Source of the DNA: Vitrella brassicaformis CCMP3155
Taxonomy: Eukaryota > Protista > Chromerida
Direction: 5' to 3'
NCBI GenBank assembly: GCA_001179505.1
Contig: CDMY01000900.1
Location: 1 to 12,228, forward strand
Length of the DNA stretch: 12,228 nt
Positions 9,401 to 12,228 of the stretch are shown piece after piece; the first letter of the stretch is position 1; every line of letters starts with the position of its first letter. A program made the position numbers and the translations under genes. Under the pieces are notes generated by a model. It ran no database searches and was not told the origin of the DNA. It saw nothing but the letters and a program-made list of their open reading frames with translations.

Positions 9401-9706
9401 AAGCGAGACCAGCTCTTCAGGCAGCACGAGCCGCTCGACCAGTTCGGCCTCGACGAGGACGACCTGGACGAGGCCTTCCAGCCCTACTACTCTGAGACAA
9501 GGCAGATCCAGACGCAGCGCCGCTTCTCGCGCCTGATGCCCACATGCGGCGGTGGCAACACAATCGCGCGGAGGACATCCAGCCAAAGCGGGCGATGGCG
9601 GCGGCTGTCACTGCCACAGTCGCTGTCAGTCATGGCCACACGCCGTAGCGAATCGTATACCGTAAGCATCCGCCGTAGCGAATCGCAGAGACAGGACAGC
9701 AAGTAG
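3..9706 (+). CDS. 5'-partial multi-exon modular type I polyketide/fatty acid synthase, terminal module. Proposed join: <3..3108, 3192..3955, 4273..5214, 5286..6731, 6797..6946, 7059..7380, 7462..7552, 7632..7761, 7834..7965, 8059..8532, 8626..8984, 9094..9706 (8529 nt, ~2842 aa + stop)
   Basis: PKS domain motifs occur in canonical order across ORFs in all three + frames. Every frame change is explained by a GT-AG intron with consistent phase, or by the overlap at the N gap. The frame is open from base 3 (GCG ACG ATC CGG ATG), so ATG15 is internal. Confidence 0.93.
261..377 (+). repeat. Coding degenerate 15-nt tandem repeat (~8 units; DSSSP TSSLP KESSP KEKSP KESSP TSSVP TSSA TSSVT) inside KS
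   Basis: The first six units end in CCG at 275, 290, 305, 320, 335 and 350. Confidence 0.85.
546..1527 (+). other. cis-acyltransferase domain, malonyl-CoA-type
   Basis: MFTGQGSQY, QPVLF, GHSLG (Ser 858-860), HAFH (1167-1178) and LIEVGP. HAFH is the established malonyl-specificity motif. Confidence 0.92.
1632..2580 (+). other. Dehydratase domain
   Basis: HPVLG, HIVLGAALMP (HxxxGxxxxP, His 1722-1724), GLQYQGRFQ and HPALLDGAFQ (Asp 2328-2330). Confidence 0.9.
2620..3470 (+). other. Structural pseudo-KR subdomain (spans intron 1)
   Basis: Lies between DH and ER. Contains LLWETSW, VWLATAGSQ, GLWGFAKVARLE, CVDLD and EPEIAVR, which resemble psiKR signatures. Confidence 0.75.
3109..3191 (+). other. 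Intron 1 (83 nt, phase 1)
   Basis: GTATGA...ATGCAG; joins HDEAG to DLLARHA and removes the stop at 3168-3170. Confidence 0.88.
3490..4810 (+). other. Enoylreductase domain (interrupted by N gap)
   Basis: EVRVRAVGLNFRDVL..MGLYPG, VLVHVATGGVGLA|ALQYC, VFATAGS, DVVLNSL, GRFMELGK and HIGKVVL. Confidence 0.92.
3956..4255. other. Assembly gap 1 (300 N), probably spurious
   Basis: GGTGGGCTTGGCC is present at both 3943-3955 and 4260-4272, and the protein is contiguous across the gap. Confidence 0.85.
4861..5600 (+). other. Ketoreductase domain (spans intron 2)
   Basis: YVITGGSGGIG Rossmann motif, HAAGVLED (LDD-like, B-type-like), PK|V catalytic Lys, FSSVAS and GQSNYAAAN (catalytic Tyr/Asn). Confidence 0.92.
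5215..5285 (+). other. Intron 2 (71 nt, phase 0)
   Basis: GTGAGA...TTTTCTTCAG; restores the KR segment YLPK|VMGAWYLHE. Confidence 0.92.
5770..5990 (+). other. Acyl carrier protein domain
   Basis: LMELGFDSLGAVEFRN..LP.SLVFENPS; phosphopantetheinylation Ser at 5871-5873. Confidence 0.93.
6102..6308 (+). other. Putative SAM (sterile alpha motif)-like helical domain in the ACP-R linker
   Basis: By eye, TVEKWL...YFQYVDAFENK..SVDAM....IRSLNVKNAEDTQLIAAAWEKL follows the SAM pattern V..WL....Y...F.e.......L...LGi...g.r.kil.a...L. No HMM was run. Confidence 0.45.
6732..6796 (+). other. Intron 3 (65 nt, phase 0)
   Basis: GTAAGG...TCCTCAG; restores SVDM|VYHTGADVN. Confidence 0.92.
6947..7058 (+). other. 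Intron 4 (112 nt, phase 0)
   Basis: GTGAGT...TTAATTAG with GT-repeat-rich interior; joins GVFP|AFYAAF. Confidence 0.85.
7381..7461 (+). other. Intron 5 (81 nt, phase 1)
   Basis: GTCAGA...GTGCGCAG; removes the in-frame TAG at 7407-7409 and joins FTPA|DTISEML. Confidence 0.85.
7553..7631 (+). other. Intron 6 (79 nt, phase 2)
   Basis: GTACTT...GCGTGCAG; joins TIVT-R|HELERW. Confidence 0.8.
7762..7833 (+). other. Intron 7 (72 nt, phase 0)
   Basis: GTGAGA...TCCTTTAG; the terminal TAG is an in-frame stop if retained. Joins PLMQ|HWRRYWF. Confidence 0.85.
7966..8058 (+). other. Intron 8 (93 nt, phase 0, stop-free in frame)
   Basis: GTCAGT...TGTCTTCAG. Inferred from splice signals and composition only, because the frame stays open through it. 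Confidence 0.7.
8533..8625 (+). other. Intron 9 (93 nt, phase 0, stop-free in frame)
   Basis: GTGCGT...GTGTATGTGTCTTGGTTTGCTCCTTCCTTCCTTGGCGCAG; removal gives PWEQ|DPR, matching ST-family spacing. Confidence 0.78.
8985..9093 (+). other. Intron 10 (109 nt, phase 2)
   Basis: GTGTGT...TTCATTCAG; restores IFLH-R|NP, the HRDP-like motif. Confidence 0.88.
9641..9685 (+). repeat. 15-nt perfect direct repeat CGCCGTAGCGAATCG x2 (RRSES), 30-nt period
   Basis: Copies at 9641-9655 and 9671-9685. Confidence 0.9.
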
Positions 9707-9790
9707 AGCCCCAGTGAACGGTGAATGGATGTAGTGTTGGAGTGCATGCATGTCTTGTAGTGAATGTATGGGCGTCTGTGTGTGTGTGGG

Positions 9791-10090
9791 NNNNNNNNNN
9801 NNNNNNNNNNNNNNNNNNNNNNNNNNNNNNNNNNNNNNNNNNNNNNNNNNNNNNNNNNNNNNNNNNNNNNNNNNNNNNNNNNNNNNNNNNNNNNNNNNNN
9901 NNNNNNNNNNNNNNNNNNNNNNNNNNNNNNNNNNNNNNNNNNNNNNNNNNNNNNNNNNNNNNNNNNNNNNNNNNNNNNNNNNNNNNNNNNNNNNNNNNNN
10001 NNNNNNNNNNNNNNNNNNNNNNNNNNNNNNNNNNNNNNNNNNNNNNNNNNNNNNNNNNNNNNNNNNNNNNNNNNNNNNNNNNNNNNNNNN
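9791..10090. other. Assembly gap 2 (300 N)
   Basis: Run of N next to a GT-repeat; I saw no flank overlap. Confidence 0.98.
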
Positions 10091-10260
10091 TGAGAACGTT
10101 AATCTGAGCCTGTGAGCTTTGTGAGTGTGTGTAGTGTATGTCAGTCATGTCGTAGTAAAGTGCACCGACCGCACCTGCAGAAGAAAGAGGGACGGCCTGC
10201 CTGCCTGCCTGAGTTTTGAGAATCATAGTCTGTCTGCCTGTCTCATACATACTCTCTCTG

Positions 10261-10263
<3 letters not shown>

Positions 10264-10293
<30 letters not shown>
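10264..10293. repeat. (TGTC)n microsatellite
   Basis: Direct reading; a degenerate related tract lies at ~10587-10622. Confidence 0.95.
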
Positions 10294-10828
10294 CGAGTGT
10301 CATTGTCCAAAGTCAATCAAAACCCTGTTTTTTATTGTCCACACAACACACACTGGCCACCACTGAACGAATGGATCCCATCCATCTTCCCGGAGTGAGT
10401 GCATTGATTGCCGACTGGCAGTATGCACGGCACACTCTCATCCCTGTCCATCACCCACCCCCTCCTTGAGTCATTTTTCGTACCTTACTACCTCTCTGTC
10501 TTGTGTGATGAAGATCGATCGCAGCTGAGCCAGCCAGCGCTCCGTTGCACGCTGAGCGTCTGTCGGTGTGTATGGCGTGTGCGGTGTCTGCCTGTCCGTC
10601 TGCCTGTCTGTCTGTCTGTCTGGCTGTGGGGTGCATGAGTGATCCATCGATTGAATGCGGGAGACGAGCGCTTCAGTGAAGTGACTGACCTTGAGGCAAT
10701 AGCTCTTCCCCTGCTGCAGTGAAGTAAGCACGCGATGTGTGCAGTCGATGGATGACAGATGGATGACGATGAAGCCAACAGGGCTTCGGACAGTTTTGCG
10801 GTCTTGACTGTACTGTTTGGTGCACTGC

Positions 10829-10866
10829 TCTCTCTCCCTCTCCCTCCCTCTCTCCCTCCCTCCCTC
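10829..10866. repeat. (CT)n/(CCCT)n polypyrimidine microsatellite
   Basis: Direct reading. Confidence 0.9.
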
Positions 10867-11460
10867 CCGGTCTCTCGCTCTCTTTATTCGTATGTGTGTC
10901 TGTCTGTGTGTGATGTGGTGGCGCTATGGTGTCCGGCGGCTGTGGGTCGACCGCATCGAGGATTGTGATGATGCAACCCCCGCGAGCCATGCATGCGTGT
11001 CTGTCTTGTGTGCGTGTGTGTGGCTTTCTTCATCCTTCTTCGTGCTGTTCGCCAGTGCGTTCTCCTTTTTGCCGGATCGTTCCTCTTTTTGCCCTTTTTT
11101 TGTAAGAAAACCTCTTTCTGACGTGCCTCCCCCTGATAGCTCGGTGCCGCTCGCGATCCGTCCAGACATAGATACCATTGCCGGGTCGATGCGAGCCAAT
11201 CACATACGGCGCCTGTCTAGTCTTAAGTGCGTGTGGTGTGTCTGTGCCTCGTTCCCCCCATTGTGTATACTCGTCTCGTGAGTGTTTTGTTTGGGAGGTG
11301 GGACTAGAGGGGGGCGGGGCCATCTGATGATAATCGAACGAGGGAGGCAACTCTGACGGACTCGGGCTGGATCGATCGAATCTTAATGCTATCATTTTTC
11401 TTTCATGCATGCAACTTTGGGTGTCTGCATCACCCACTGCCTGCATCACGAATATCGCTC

Positions 11461-11544
11461 CCTGCCTGTCTGTCTGGCTGGCTGGCTGGCTGGCTGGCTG
11501 TCCGTCTGTGCGTGTGTGTGCGTGTGTGTGCGCGTGTGTGTGTA
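11461..11544. repeat. Compound microsatellite (CTGT)-(CTGG)n-(GT)n
   Basis: Direct reading. Confidence 0.93.
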
Positions 11545-12050
11545 TGGCTTTATATGACACCCATGATAGTCGACTGACTTGTAAGGGTGAGGATGACTGA
11601 AACTAGTGTGCGTGGACAGACAAACATCGTGTGTGCTGTGCCGCTTTGTGCCTTTGTCGATGGTCCATAGGACTCACTCAACGACTTACGGATTGCACAC
11701 CTTCAACATTACCGGAAAAGTCGAGAGACAACGCACATCACCTGTCCTCTCCGTTACGAGCCATGCATGATTACTTGACGTGTGTACAGAGTTCGAAGAG
11801 GTATTCAAGAAGGTCAAGCCGCTGGAGACACTGTGGAAGTCTTATATTCCTCCGGCGAGGCGATGCGCTCGTCGTCCACCCACACGATCTTCGAAGCCTC
11901 GCTCATGCCGAAACACTTGGGGCATCAGCAGTAGCTCGGGGTAGCGAGTAGGAAATTACTAGGAATGTAACGAAGCCAAAGAATTATTCAGTGACGATAG
12001 AGTGGCGAGATCTCCACAAGTTGGGATGCACGCAGCACATCTAATATAGA

Positions 12051-12119
12051 AAACCGTAACAAACCCTAGCGAAACCCTGGACGAGGCTCGCCCAGGCTCG
12101 CCCTACAGGCTCGCCCTAC
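12051..12119. promoter_or_regulatory. Cluster of telomere-like AAACCCT motifs and three AGGCTCGCCC copies; function putative
   Basis: AAACCGT 12051, AAACCCT 12061 and 12072; AGGCTCGCCC at 12084, 12094 and 12107. The repeats are seen; a regulatory role is inferred. Confidence 0.35.
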
Positions 12120-12155
12120 GATCGCTGCCTGCCGCAGTAGAGAATGAACAAGGAA

Positions 12156-12173
12156 GGAGGAGGAGGAGGAGGA
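12156..12173. repeat. (GGA)6 trinucleotide repeat
   Basis: Direct reading. Confidence 0.9.
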
Positions 12174-12228
12174 GAAGGGACGTAGGGAGAGCGTTGGTGC
12201 TTGTTGCGGAGCCTTGGGGCAGGTGGGT

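Larger units (their letters stand above)
8110..9490 (+). other. Sulfotransferase-like domain (bacterial Sulfotransfer_3 / mycobacterial Rv3529c-like pattern) with degenerate PAPS motifs
   Basis: QHPDI....QPLVIVG...LLMAQDP.NR, DPR, PEDD, YAMHKRFLQHLQWQ..DRWVLKMPAHMLALDALFETYPDARVIFLH|RNP, DALVRDPVGTVRKIY and LDQFGLD. Family assignment is from recalled pattern, not a search. Confidence 0.8.

Noticed and set aside
8110-9490. CurM/OLS-type ST-TE olefin-forming terminus
   Set aside because: No thioesterase (GxSxG) is visible, ST follows R rather than ACP, and the PAPS motifs are degenerate.
149-9617. Many long minus-strand and alternate-frame ORFs (e.g. 3454..4821, 7651..8334, 8055..8681)
   Set aside because: They are shadow ORFs of a high-GC3 coding sequence with no recognisable motifs, and some are inflated by N runs.
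3-9706. Bacterial contig or recent bacterial contamination
   Set aside because: Ten phase-consistent spliceosomal introns and microsatellite-rich flanks show a eukaryotic locus. Ancient horizontal origin of individual domains is not excluded.
9630-11600. ORFs in the 3' flank (e.g. 9630..10316, 10817..11281, 11030..11560)
   Set aside because: They are translations of microsatellites (TDRQ, LAGW, CV repeats) or N gaps. MDPIHLPG|GTGAGT at 10371 looks like a possible first exon, but I could not link it to further exons.
12144-12185. ATG before the GGA repeat (MNKEGGGGGGEGT*)
   Set aside because: It is only 13 codons, is driven by the repeat and closes with TAG.

Overview
This is eukaryotic DNA containing the 3' part of one large, spliced, + strand modular type I PKS/FAS gene. 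The gene is already open at the left edge and ends at TAG 9704-9706. I reconstructed ten GT-AG introns (65-112 nt) by hand and treated the first 300-N gap as a probable false gap. That gives a continuous frame of about 2842 aa: KS(C-terminal half)-AT-DH-psiKR-ER-KR-ACP-[SAM-like]-thioester reductase (R)-sulfotransferase-like domain-Ser/Arg tail. The most unusual part is the terminus. A SAM-like helical domain sits between ACP and R, and a sulfotransferase-fold domain with degenerate PAPS-binding motifs is fused after an apparently intact reductase. The last ~2.5 kb is microsatellite-rich and mostly non-coding. It holds a second N gap, TGCATGCA motifs, telomere-like AAACCCT motifs and a possible exon remnant. 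Short introns, high GC3, CTGT/GT/CTGG microsatellites and this PKS type suggest a chromerid/apicomplexan-related alveolate such as Vitrella; this is inference and was not checked.
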